The notes beneath the pieces were generated by a model. That model ran no database searches. It saw only the letters and a list, made by a program, of their open reading frames with translations, and was not told the origin of the DNA. Source: an uncultured archaeon (GTDB taxonomy: Archaea > Asgardarchaeota > Lokiarchaeia > Sigyniarchaeales > SOKP01). From it: a stretch of 64,000 nucleotides of DNA. This document shows positions 1-9,954 of the stretch, piece after piece (the first letter of the stretch is position 1; each line of letters starts with the position of its first letter). The DNA is taken from the NCBI GenBank assembly GCA_964486045.1, contig CAZALK010000001.1, positions 808,242 to 872,241 on the forward strand, in the 5' to 3' direction. The position numbers were made by a program, and so were the translations under genes.

Positions 1-480
1 AACATATCCCTCACCCGCTAATTTGGAAACGGCATAGGGAGATTTCGGATTTTTTTTCATATCCTCTTTCTTAGGTAAGGAAGGTTCATCTCCATAGACA
101 GAAGAACTTGATGCAAAAATGATTTTATCGATATTGTTTTTCTTTGCAGTATTCAATATGTTTAAAGTTCCATTGATATTAACATCATTACAAGACTGGG
201 GCATCAGAACTGATTGTGGAACACTCGTAAATGCCGCTTGATGATATATTATATTAATATCTTTTGAAATATCTAGCAATAAATTAATGTCTCTTATATC
301 TCCTTTAAAGAATTGAAAGCTTTTACTTTTTTGGGCTTTATCTAAATTTTCTAATCTACCATTGAATAGGTTGTCAATTCCTATAACAGATGCACCCAAT
401 TCGAGTAATTTGTCTGTTAAATTGCTACCAATGAAACCAGCGGCACCAGTAACTAAAACTTTTTTATTTTCAAAAAACAT
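1..480 (-). CDS. NAD-dependent nucleotide-sugar epimerase/dehydratase (extended SDR, GalE/WbpP-like); 3' end runs off the window
   Basis: Manual translation from ATG at 480: MFFENKKVLVTGAAGFIGS...HQAAFTSVPQS...FASSSSVYG...SPYAVSKLAGE. It has GxxGxxG and YxxxK, and is a paralog of 5446..6450. Absent from the ORF track because it is truncated by the window edge. Confidence 0.9.
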   Translation of the reverse strand, partial: MFFENKKVLVTGAAGFIGSNLTDKLLELGASVIGIDNLFNGRLENLDKAQKSKSFQFFKGDIRDINLLLDISKDINIIYHQAAFTSVPQSVLMPQSCNDVNINGTLNILNTAKKNNIDKIIFASSSSVYGDEPSLPKKEDMKKNPKSPYAVSKLAGEGYV

Positions 481-794
481 AGATAAGGTCCTTATTTTTT
501 AATTTAATTGAGTTATCAATTTTTATCATTAAAAAAATACTTAGTATAATTTGAAATTTATCCTAAATGATGGTTTAAGTAAACAAATTTGCAAAATAAT
601 GAGATGCTTTCCAATTTAAATAATCTTAAATTTTATCATAGAATCTTCTACTCATCATAAACTTCCAGAATACTGAGCTGTTGAATTTGACATAGTTTAT
701 AAATTTATTAGTTGAATAAATTTTAAATTCAATAACATCAATATTTATTCAGTAAAATTGAAAATGTAGAGAATTACTAAAAGGCGCTTTATTT

Positions 795-1652
795 TTGACA
801 ACACTGAATAAAAAAGAGAAATTATACACCTTAACGAATAATTCAGAAACTATAGAGATTAATAAAGAAAATCTTTATCAAGATTTATACGATTACATTA
901 AGAAATTCAAAAATGAAGAAGAACGTGTTCTTATCTCAATAATTTTACCCATGTATAACGAAGAAAAGACTATAAAATCAGTTTTAGAAAAATTACCTTA
1001 TGATAACTCGATTGAAATTATCGTCGTAGATGATCATTCAACTGATTCCAGCATAGAAAGAATTGAGGAAGTTAAACTAAATAGGGATATTAAAGTGATA
1101 AGTCATAAAAGGAATCTAGGTTACGGAGGAGCTATAGCTTCAGGATTTTCGCAAGTGAATGGAAACATTATTGTTACTATGGATTCAGATGGGCAACATA
1201 GCCCCGACGATCTCTTTAATTTAGTTAAACCAATATTCGAAGATGAAGCTGATTATACAATCGGATCAAGATATAAAGGAACATATTTTTATAAATTACC
1301 TATACTAACTAGATTAGGAGAAGTCCTAATAGAAAAGTTAATACAAACTTTTTTTGGTGTAAGAATAATGAATAATCAAACGGGATTTCGTGCTTTTAGT
1401 CGAAAAATTCTACCAATTTTTGATAATACTAAATATTTTGGGTACGCTTTTTGTATAGAACAAATTTTAAAAGCTTCAATTTCAAATTATAGAATTAAAG
1501 AGGTCCCGATTAAAGTGTACCGGCGTGAATATGGCTCCTCACATGTCAGATTAATGAAATTAACCAGAAGAATCTTTTCATGTTTATTCTACTACTTCGT
1601 TAGAAAAATAAAATTAAAGACAAAAAGAACAAAAAGAACTGGTCATTATTGA
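795..1652 (+). CDS. GT2 glycosyltransferase, DPM1/polyprenol-phosphate glycosyltransferase-like
   Basis: SIILPMYNEE, VVDDHSTD, NLGYGGA, TMDSDGQH, GSRY and TGFRAF motifs. Confidence 0.92.
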   Translation: MTTLNKKEKLYTLTNNSETIEINKENLYQDLYDYIKKFKNEEERVLISIILPMYNEEKTIKSVLEKLPYDNSIEIIVVDDHSTDSSIERIEEVKLNRDIKVISHKRNLGYGGAIASGFSQVNGNIIVTMDSDGQHSPDDLFNLVKPIFEDEADYTIGSRYKGTYFYKLPILTRLGEVLIEKLIQTFFGVRIMNNQTGFRAFSRKILPIFDNTKYFGYAFCIEQILKASISNYRIKEVPIKVYRREYGSSHVRLMKLTRRIFSCLFYYFVRKIKLKTKRTKRTGHY

Positions 1653-1704
1653 AATTGTAAATGGTCTATTCTGGTAAAAACCTTTTATTAAAAATAATTA
1701 ATTC

Positions 1705-2790
1705 TTGATAAATCAAACTATGAAAAGAATTATAACTTGTATCGGGATTCGCCCAGATATAATCCGGCTATCCCAAATCATCAAGAAATTAGACATTTTT
1801 TTTGAAAACATAATTGTCGATAGTGGTCAACATTATGATTATAATTTAAATAAAATATTTTATGATCAGCTAGAAGTTCGCTTACCTGACTATAATTTAA
1901 ACATAAAAAGTGGAACTCATGCATCCCAAGTTGCAAAATTAATGATTGAGTTTGAAAAAACTTTGTTTAAAGTAAAACCAGATTTTGTTATAGTCTTAGG
2001 AGATAATAACAGCAGTTTAGGTTTTACTTTAGCTACATCTAAATTAAATATACCACTAGTTCATATTGAAGCTGGTATGCGGAGTAAAAACTGGTTAATG
2101 CCAGAAGAGAAAAATCGTGTTATAATTGATCATTTATCAGATATTAATATATGTTATTTACCTGAACATAAAGCTAATTTGCTAAGAGAAGGGATAAGTC
2201 CTCGACGATGTTGGGTTGTAGGAAATCCCATTATAGAAGTTGTTAATGCAGTAAGAACAAATTTTGAGCAAGATTCTCCCTTTTATTTAGTGACTTGCCA
2301 TCGTGCCGAAAATGTTGAAAATGAGAAAAATCTTAGCAAAATATTGGCTTTTCTTGAGACACTTTATAAGAATAAGAAAGTTGAAATAAAGTATATTTTA
2401 ATGCCGAAAACAAAGCAAATGATGGAAAAATACGGATTAAAATTTCCAGAGGGGATCAATACCATCCCCCCACAAGGATTCCTTGAATTTTTAGGCATGG
2501 AAAAGGAAGCAGAATTAGTGATTTCGGATAGTGGAACCGTTGTCGAGGAGTGTGCCATTTTAGGAACACCTTGTTTGACAATTCGTGAAAGTACCGAAAG
2601 AATTGATTTAATAGAACTTGGAGTAAATACATTAACTGGTATAGACCTAGAACAAATGTCATCCGCGGCTGAATTAGCATTATCACAGAAAATAGAGCCA
2701 GTAAATCATTATGGAAAGAATATTGGGCAGAAAATTTGTAATATTTTAATTGGGAATTCTTTAAATTTCTATAGATCTAGAGAGAGATAA
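1705..2790 (+). CDS. wecB: Non-hydrolysing UDP-N-acetylhexosamine 2-epimerase (WecB family; most like the WbjD/FnlC/Cap5G subtype); probable start ATG 1720
   Basis: GIRPDIIRLS, GQHYD, VLGD, HIEAGMRS, PEEKNR, SDSGTVVEE and TER motifs. Confidence 0.88.
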   Translation: MINQTMKRIITCIGIRPDIIRLSQIIKKLDIFFENIIVDSGQHYDYNLNKIFYDQLEVRLPDYNLNIKSGTHASQVAKLMIEFEKTLFKVKPDFVIVLGDNNSSLGFTLATSKLNIPLVHIEAGMRSKNWLMPEEKNRVIIDHLSDINICYLPEHKANLLREGISPRRCWVVGNPIIEVVNAVRTNFEQDSPFYLVTCHRAENVENEKNLSKILAFLETLYKNKKVEIKYILMPKTKQMMEKYGLKFPEGINTIPPQGFLEFLGMEKEAELVISDSGTVVEECAILGTPCLTIRESTERIDLIELGVNTLTGIDLEQMSSAAELALSQKIEPVNHYGKNIGQKICNILIGNSLNFYRSRER

Positions 2791-2799
2791 AGTTAAAAA

Positions 2800-3702
2800 T
2801 CAGATTTTATAAATGTTGCTTTTTTCAATATAATCTAATAAATCATTTAGAGCAGTTTTAATATCTGACATTCCAAATAGCTTTGAAAGTTCGTCATATT
2901 TAGTCCCAAGTGTGCGGTCGACTTTTTCATCTGGTCTATTTATACGATTAATATTCAATTTTTTGTTAAATGTGTCATTAAAAACATTCATTAATTCATA
3001 TTTATTTAATATTTCATTAGGAAGAAAATGATGGACATGTGAAATTTCTTTTAATTTATCAAAGCTATACGTTTCAATTATTTTCTCACAAATTTGAGCA
3101 AATTGTAAAGTAGTTATACCATTCCAGGTATGGTGTTCCCAACCACTTATTGTTCCACCATCATGTTGATTAAGAAACCATTCTAAAAGAAATGTTACTT
3201 CTTTCTTAAATTCTGGACCAATTATAGAACCCCGGATTATTAGTGTAGTTCCATCAAAGACTTCTCCTAAACTTTTGGATTTTCCATATACATCTAACGG
3301 GTCATGTTCGTCATTTTCAACATAATTTCCTTTTGATCCGCTAAAAACGCAGTCTGTACCAATTTGTAATACTTTTATATTATGCTTTTTTGCATACTTA
3401 GCTAATTCCCACGGAAAGTCCGCATTTATCTTAATCGCACGAATCACCCCTGATGGATCATCGTCTTTTGAGAAAGGTTTGGTAATCCCTATACAATTAA
3501 TAATATATTCAATATTTAGATTGAGAATATTAGTATTATCCAATTGAGAACAATCATATGCATCGAAAAGAAAAATTCGATCTTTTTTATATTTTACATT
3601 TCTAACTGTTCCATAAACATCAAAATTCTTGTTCCTTGAGAGGTAATCAAAAACTATTGATCCTAACATCCCACTAATTCCCAATACTAATATAGTAGTC
3701 AC
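2800..3702 (-). CDS. RmlD-like NDP-4-keto-6-deoxyhexose reductase (SDR)
   Basis: GISGMLG, NCIG, TDCVFSG, YGKSKSLGE, SIIGPE; GTG start with GAGGT upstream. Confidence 0.88.
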   Translation of the reverse strand: MTTILVLGISGMLGSIVFDYLSRNKNFDVYGTVRNVKYKKDRIFLFDAYDCSQLDNTNILNLNIEYIINCIGITKPFSKDDDPSGVIRAIKINADFPWELAKYAKKHNIKVLQIGTDCVFSGSKGNYVENDEHDPLDVYGKSKSLGEVFDGTTLIIRGSIIGPEFKKEVTFLLEWFLNQHDGGTISGWEHHTWNGITTLQFAQICEKIIETYSFDKLKEISHVHHFLPNEILNKYELMNVFNDTFNKKLNINRINRPDEKVDRTLGTKYDELSKLFGMSDIKTALNDLLDYIEKSNIYKI

Positions 3703-3731
3703 TTTTAATACCTCATTTTATAATATTTTCT

Positions 3732-5123
3732 TTAACGATTTTCAACTTCCCAAATCTCTTTTCCCCAGTAGTCTACTGGAAAACGATAATCATCACCCCT
3801 ACTCTCTTCTAAAGAACTTGTTGAAAAGAAAATAATACGAGTGTCTTTTTCTAATGGCCTAAATCCATTGGCATATTTAGGGGGTATAAACAATATTTGT
3901 GGATGCCTATCAGATAAAATGTAACGATTAACCTTCTGATTTTTTGAAGGGGATTTAATATTATCTAGTTTTACAGCAGCAACAATAGCAGAACCTTTTG
4001 CAACATAAATATATTTAGCTTCATTCATATGCCCATGAAATGCACGAATAGTTGATGACGAAAAGTTTTGAACTTGATAAAAACGTTTAACTCCATAAAA
4101 ATTGAAATCATTAGCAAAATTTAGACTACCTCTATCATCAACAGCAATTCCTCCTTCAATTAATTGTAATTCCTTTCTACCAATAGTTTGTGCTGTTTTT
4201 ACTCTTTCAGCCAATTTTAGATTAGAATAAATTCCCTGATGGAAATTCAATATTGTTGGAGATTTAATTATTTCTCTTATCGCATCTTCAATACTATACT
4301 TAAATTCAAAACCAGTATTCACTATTTTGCTGCTATCTACCATATAGCTTCTCTTATCAACAATATTACTATCTATTTCAATTTTACAATCCGTAATTTC
4401 ACTTACAATTTCCCCTAATCGCAATAAGCTTTGATTTTCACCACTAACATTGTAAATTCCATGTAAATTGTTTTTAATAGCATGAACTATAACTCTAGAA
4501 ATATCACGAATATGTACAAATGGACGTTCTTGTTCTCCACCGAAAATCGTGATTTTATTAAATCCTACTGCTCTGGCTGCAAACGTGTTTACAACTAAAT
4601 CGTATCGCATTCTTGGACTTAATCCATATGCTGTACCCAATCTTACAATGCAATGATTATCAGCACATATCTCTCTTATAAGGCGTTCTTGAGTATATTT
4701 TGTTTGACCATAAAAATCGATAGGAAATCCCCCATCTCCTTCTTTTACAATCACATTTGGTTCACTTCCATATATACTACAAGTGCTAGTGTGGACAACA
4801 AATTTTTTCATTTTCTTACAGATTTCAGCAATATTTCTCGCACCTATGCAATTTGTTTCAATAGCTAAGTTGGTGTCTATCAAACACGCAGGATCACCCA
4901 CAATTGCCGCTAGATTGACTATTGTATCATAATTCTTGATAATCCTTTCAATTTGATCTCTATTTCGAATATCTGCTTCAATAAATGGATTTGAAGGATG
5001 AAGATCTTTATAAAGATGATTATCTAAAATGTCAACTTCCCATTCCTCCTCTTGTTTCATTACATCATATAATATGCTTCCAATATATCCAAGCCCACCA
5101 ATGATAAGAATATTCTTACTCAT
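3732..5123 (-). CDS. Fusion of an NAD-dependent epimerase/dehydratase (SDR) and a C-terminal sugar-nucleotide cupin (RmlC/FdtA/WxcM-like)
   Basis: N-terminal GGLGYIG, LAAIVGDPAC, STCSIYG, YGQTK, RPFVHIRD; C-terminal DDRG, VKRFY, IRAFHGH, LFIPPKYANGF. Confidence 0.88.
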   Translation of the reverse strand: MSKNILIIGGLGYIGSILYDVMKQEEEWEVDILDNHLYKDLHPSNPFIEADIRNRDQIERIIKNYDTIVNLAAIVGDPACLIDTNLAIETNCIGARNIAEICKKMKKFVVHTSTCSIYGSEPNVIVKEGDGGFPIDFYGQTKYTQERLIREICADNHCIVRLGTAYGLSPRMRYDLVVNTFAARAVGFNKITIFGGEQERPFVHIRDISRVIVHAIKNNLHGIYNVSGENQSLLRLGEIVSEITDCKIEIDSNIVDKRSYMVDSSKIVNTGFEFKYSIEDAIREIIKSPTILNFHQGIYSNLKLAERVKTAQTIGRKELQLIEGGIAVDDRGSLNFANDFNFYGVKRFYQVQNFSSSTIRAFHGHMNEAKYIYVAKGSAIVAAVKLDNIKSPSKNQKVNRYILSDRHPQILFIPPKYANGFRPLEKDTRIIFFSTSSLEESRGDDYRFPVDYWGKEIWEVENR

Positions 5124-5445
5124 ATTTTTGATCCATTTTTTTTTTAAAATTAAGAATCTATATATTAATTAAAAATATAAGAGCGGTTTTATAGATAATC
5201 TAGATTTTGATAGAAATTTATATCGGTTTGTAAACATCAAATTATACTTTCTAATAAAAATTGATTTGTTAAGAAAAAGATTTTAATTTATATTTAAGAA
5301 TAAGTATTTTGTATATTTTGTATGAGTTTGTATATTTCATAAGAGAGATTAAGGTTTTAGAAGAATTATTAGAAGATCAAAAGAATTTAAGTAATTTTCT
5401 TAAATTTTAAATAAATTGCATTTTTTTATTTAGATAAAAGATTGT

Positions 5446-6450
5446 TTGTTAATTAATTTCTATTTGATCTCGATTTCAATGAATTTAGAAAAATTTAAAG
5501 ATAAAAAAGTTATTATTACTGGATGTTCTGGCTTTATTGGAAGTCATTTGACTGACAGCATTTTAGATGCTGGAGCAAAAGTAATTGGGATTGATAATTT
5601 ATATAATGGGTTATTGATAAATTTAGAGAATGCTCTTAAAAATCCAAATTTTAAATTTTATCAAGCAGATGTACGTGATTCATCTTTTCTTATAGAAATT
5701 TTTAATGATGTTGATTTAGTTTATCATGAAGGTGCATTTATAAGTGTTCAGCAGTCGATAAAAATGCCTGAATTATGTAATAATGTAAATGTAAATGGGA
5801 CCATAAATGTTCTCAACGCCGCAAGAATTAATGATGTTGATCAAGTAATATTTGCTTCAAGTGCTGCATTATATTCTGACGATTTAGAACTACCTAAACA
5901 CGAAAGAATGTTTCGTGATCCTAATACTCCTTATGGAGTATCAAAATTAGCGGGAGAAGTATACCTATTGTCATTTTATAAAACATATGGTCTAAAAACA
6001 ACCCCTTTAAGATATTTCAATGTGTACGGTCCGCGACAGCGTAATACTGAATATGCGGGAGTTATGGCCCTCTTCATTGAAAATATATTAAGATATAGCA
6101 AAGAACCTACTATTTTTGGCACTGGTGAACAAACTCGAGATTTTGTTTACGTTAAAGATGTAATTAAAGCTAATTTAATGGTTGCATATCATCCAAAAGC
6201 CGCTGGTGAAATTTTCAATGTAGCAACAGGTAACCCGGTTGATATTAATTCTCTTACTAAATTGATTTTAAAATATACTGAGAGAGAAGACTTAAATATT
6301 AATTATGGCCCTGAACGACCAGGAGATATACTACATAGTTATGCAGATATATCTAAAATAAAAAATTTGATAGATTATAAGCCAGATTATTCTATAGAAC
6401 AAGGAATTTCTGAATATATCTCTCGACTTAATGAAATAATAAAAAAATGA
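5446..6450 (+). CDS. NAD-dependent nucleotide-sugar 4-epimerase (GalE/WbpP-like); probable start ATG 5479
   Basis: TGCSGFIGSH, FASSAALY, YGVSK, LRYFNVYGPRQ, GTGEQTRDFVYVKD. Confidence 0.92.
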   Translation: MLINFYLISISMNLEKFKDKKVIITGCSGFIGSHLTDSILDAGAKVIGIDNLYNGLLINLENALKNPNFKFYQADVRDSSFLIEIFNDVDLVYHEGAFISVQQSIKMPELCNNVNVNGTINVLNAARINDVDQVIFASSAALYSDDLELPKHERMFRDPNTPYGVSKLAGEVYLLSFYKTYGLKTTPLRYFNVYGPRQRNTEYAGVMALFIENILRYSKEPTIFGTGEQTRDFVYVKDVIKANLMVAYHPKAAGEIFNVATGNPVDINSLTKLILKYTEREDLNINYGPERPGDILHSYADISKIKNLIDYKPDYSIEQGISEYISRLNEIIKK

Positions 6451-6463
6451 GAAGATTAGAGTA

Positions 6464-7687
6464 TTGAATATTCTTGTTTTACAAGAAACAGATTGGTTAA
6501 CTCGAGGACCACACATACAGCACCATATTTTTGAAAGGCTTTCAAAAATACCTTCTATAAAAATAACTGTAATTGATTATGATATAGAAAAAAAAATACA
6601 TTCAAACTCCCTTTTTATTAGAAGAAAGGAATATAGGAACATAAATCGCACAATAAAGAATTCAAAAGTAAAAATTATTAGAACAGCACATTTGCAAATA
6701 CCATATTTCCGAAGGATTACTTCTTTAATGACAAATTTCTATGAAATTTTAAAGATTATAAAAAGAAATCGACCTGATATTATTATTGATTATTCAATAA
6801 CAAATGGTTCTATTGGATTTATCTTTGCGAAACTTTTCCATATTCCATTTATTTTCCACTATATTGATATTTTGCATCAATTAGTTATGATTTCTTATGT
6901 TCAAAATATTGCAAGAGCAGTTTCTCGCGTTTTATTAAAACATTCTGATTTAGTCCTAATTTATACGATCTTACATCAAAAATATGTTATTGGAGAAGGA
7001 ACTTTACCACAAAATGTTAAAATTATTAGGAATGGAATATCACTGGAGAATACAATAGTAGATGAAAAAAAATTCAATTTTTTAAAAGAAAAACTCTCGA
7101 TTTCAGATAAGGATTTTGTAATCTTTTTTATGGGATATTTATACGATTTTGCGGGACTAAAAGAAATTATCGATTTTTATCATCATGATGTAAAGAACGG
7201 AAACTATAACCTTAAATTCTTAATTGTGGGAGATGGCGGTATTTATAACAAATTAGTAAAATATGTGAAAGAGATTAACGCTAATTGGGTAATCCTCATA
7301 GGTAGGGTTCCTTACTTTGAGATTGCAGAATATATTCATCTTGCTGATTTGTGTCTTTTAAGTTTTAAAATTAATTCAGTCACGAAAGAAATCACACCTA
7401 TTAAGATAATTGAGTATATGGCAATGAAAAAACCGGTTTTATCAAACTCATTACCGGGTGTAGTTTTAGAATTAGGAGAAGAGAGTGGTGTTATATTTGG
7501 AAAGAATCAAGTAGATTTAATTGCTAAAATTAGAGAATTAATTCCTCTTAAGGAAGAATTGAATCAACGTGGAGAAAAAGGATTTGACTTTATAAAAAAA
7601 AAATATCTTTGGTCTGAAATATTAAAAGTTTTTAAAAAAATAATGATTGATGTAATTTCAAAAAAATTCAAAGAATTTAAAAAATAA
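6464..7687 (+). CDS. GT4 (GT-B fold) glycosyltransferase
   Basis: IIRNG, FFMGYL, LIVGDG, PIKIIEYMAMKKPVLS. Confidence 0.9.
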   Translation: MNILVLQETDWLTRGPHIQHHIFERLSKIPSIKITVIDYDIEKKIHSNSLFIRRKEYRNINRTIKNSKVKIIRTAHLQIPYFRRITSLMTNFYEILKIIKRNRPDIIIDYSITNGSIGFIFAKLFHIPFIFHYIDILHQLVMISYVQNIARAVSRVLLKHSDLVLIYTILHQKYVIGEGTLPQNVKIIRNGISLENTIVDEKKFNFLKEKLSISDKDFVIFFMGYLYDFAGLKEIIDFYHHDVKNGNYNLKFLIVGDGGIYNKLVKYVKEINANWVILIGRVPYFEIAEYIHLADLCLLSFKINSVTKEITPIKIIEYMAMKKPVLSNSLPGVVLELGEESGVIFGKNQVDLIAKIRELIPLKEELNQRGEKGFDFIKKKYLWSEILKVFKKIMIDVISKKFKEFKK

Positions 7688-7697
7688 AGGTATTATA

Positions 7698-8885
7698 ATG
7701 AAAATTGCTTTTGTTGCATCCCATCTAACTATTTATGGTGGTGGTGGGAAATTCCTAGTGGACTATGCCAACAAATTTTGTGAAATTGGTCATTCTGTAA
7801 CGATTATTGCCCAAAAAATAAACAAAAAGATGTATAAATTTAAAAAAAAAGTATCTCTTAAAGAAGTCGGTGGTCCTTTACCTTCAAACCCTTTATTTTG
7901 GCTTGAATTCAATAAAATAAAAAGAAATTATCTTAGAATAATTAATCAATTAGACTGTGATTTATTTATATCATTACATTTTCCTACGGGGTATTTTTGT
8001 TCAAATATGGAAAAAAGTAAGAAAAAGAAGCATATATATTTATGTTTAGAACCATATCGTTATTTTCATGATAAAAGGTACTATTCAAGCGCTCCATTTC
8101 TTATGAGAATAATTAGTGTGTTTCTCCGGATTTTCTTTAAAAAATATGATATGATCGGAGCACGCTCTGCTGCTAAAATGATCTGTATCAGTAATTTTAC
8201 TAGAATGCGTGCTAAAGAGTGGTATGGTAAAGAAAGTATTGTACATTATATTGGGATTGAAGTTAATGATAAAAATGATAATGTTAGTGATTATGATCTT
8301 AGAAAAGATTTAATGTTAAAAAGAAATACTCCAATAATATTTACCCTTGGATTATCTGCTCATTTAAAAGGTGCTAAGGAATTGATTTATATTTTTAAAA
8401 GAATACTTAAAAAAAAACCAGAAACAATATTGTTAATAGGGGGACTTCTAACAAAAGGGAATAAAAAGATCATTAAAAATTTGATAAAAAAACTAAAAAT
8501 CCCTGATCGAAATGTTATTCTTTATGGATTTATAGATGGTAAGTTCTTAAATTCCTTTTATGCTCAATCAACTGTAACTTATTATACCGCGATAGATGAA
8601 TCATTTGGCTTAATTCCATTAGAATCAATGAAAAATGGTACTCCTGTAATCGCTTTTGAGGGTGGACCTTCAGAAACTATTGTAGATGGAAAAACAGGTT
8701 ATATTATTAAAACAAATAATTTCGATGATTTTGCTCAAAAAACCTTAATGCTTATGGAAGAAGAAAAACTCTATGAACAATTTTCGGAGAGTGGAAAAGA
8801 ACATATTCGTCAAAATTTTAGCTTAGAGAAACGATTTTCCTCTTTAGAAACAATTTTACAGGAGATCATCAAAGAAAAACAATAA
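7698..8885 (+). CDS. GT4 glycosyltransferase
   Basis: YGGGGK, ESFGLIPLESMKNGTPVIA, GGPSETIVDGKTG. Confidence 0.92.
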   Translation: MKIAFVASHLTIYGGGGKFLVDYANKFCEIGHSVTIIAQKINKKMYKFKKKVSLKEVGGPLPSNPLFWLEFNKIKRNYLRIINQLDCDLFISLHFPTGYFCSNMEKSKKKKHIYLCLEPYRYFHDKRYYSSAPFLMRIISVFLRIFFKKYDMIGARSAAKMICISNFTRMRAKEWYGKESIVHYIGIEVNDKNDNVSDYDLRKDLMLKRNTPIIFTLGLSAHLKGAKELIYIFKRILKKKPETILLIGGLLTKGNKKIIKNLIKKLKIPDRNVILYGFIDGKFLNSFYAQSTVTYYTAIDESFGLIPLESMKNGTPVIAFEGGPSETIVDGKTGYIIKTNNFDDFAQKTLMLMEEEKLYEQFSESGKEHIRQNFSLEKRFSSLETILQEIIKEKQ

Positions 8886-8905
8886 ATTAAGAAATTAATA
8901 AATTT

Positions 8906-9634
8906 TCACGGTTTTATTACAAAATCATTTGCTTCTCGAATGGAATTTGAGTCTATGGGTTCAAAATACCTATACCCCATTTGTTTGAGGAACTCAAAAC
9001 ATTTTTTTTTAATCGTATCACCATGAGTTTCTATGAGTATAATTGGTTTAGAGATTGATAATAATTCTTTAGCTCCTTTAAGAACTGATAATTCTGCACC
9101 TTCCACATCTATTTTTAATAGGTTTGGAATTAATTTACTCTCTTTTATAAATGTATCAAGTGAAATTACTGAAACAGGTTGAGATCCACTTGTATTTAAC
9201 CTACCCTCCGCATTGCTATGAGCTTTTTGAAACCAGGAGAGTCCATCTTTATCTGCTACCGCACAGGGTACAATTATTACATTTTCTATATTATTTAATT
9301 TGAGCATTCTATATAAAAAACTTAAATTACGAGGAAATGGTTCAAACGCATAAATTAATTTTGAATATCTTGAGAAAAGCAGTGAATAAATTCCTACATT
9401 TGCCCCTATATCAAAACATACAAAATTTGGTGAAATCAAATCTTTTGTGATCTTTAATCGCTCTGGTTCACTACGGTTAAAAATAACCGATATTCCTCTT
9501 CCCTTGCCTGCAGGAGCACCCATTATTAACTTATATCCCTTCAACGGACCTTTTAATATAACCAAAGGTATTTTTGTAGGGATAATTTTTGTAAGACTGA
9601 TGAAGAATTTGTCTAATAATTTTTTTAAATTCAT
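8906..9634 (-). CDS. FkbM-family SAM-dependent methyltransferase
   Basis: FDIGANVG, AFEP, LKIDVEGAE. Confidence 0.92.
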   Translation of the reverse strand: MNLKKLLDKFFISLTKIIPTKIPLVILKGPLKGYKLIMGAPAGKGRGISVIFNRSEPERLKITKDLISPNFVCFDIGANVGIYSLLFSRYSKLIYAFEPFPRNLSFLYRMLKLNNIENVIIVPCAVADKDGLSWFQKAHSNAEGRLNTSGSQPVSVISLDTFIKESKLIPNLLKIDVEGAELSVLKGAKELLSISKPIILIETHGDTIKKKCFEFLKQMGYRYFEPIDSNSIREANDFVIKP

Positions 9635-9954
9635 TTAGGTCAGCAAAACAATTTTAATTACGTTTAAAAACTAAAGCCATTCCCTTTTTTTAAATCCTTT
9701 CTTTACATACTAAATAGATAGAAGTATTTTTAATCTAATGATAAACTTTTAATTTTCTTTAGTTTAGTAAATAATACAATTTTTAATAATGTTTTAGAAC
9801 TGTTATAATTAAATTAAAAACAAACCATTGCTTATAAACAAGTATTATTATAAACGACTTTAATACTAGAAATATAGTTAGGAAGAAATAATCATGTTAA
9901 AGAACTCTATATACATGGAATTATAATAAAAAAAGAAAATCACGACGATTACTA

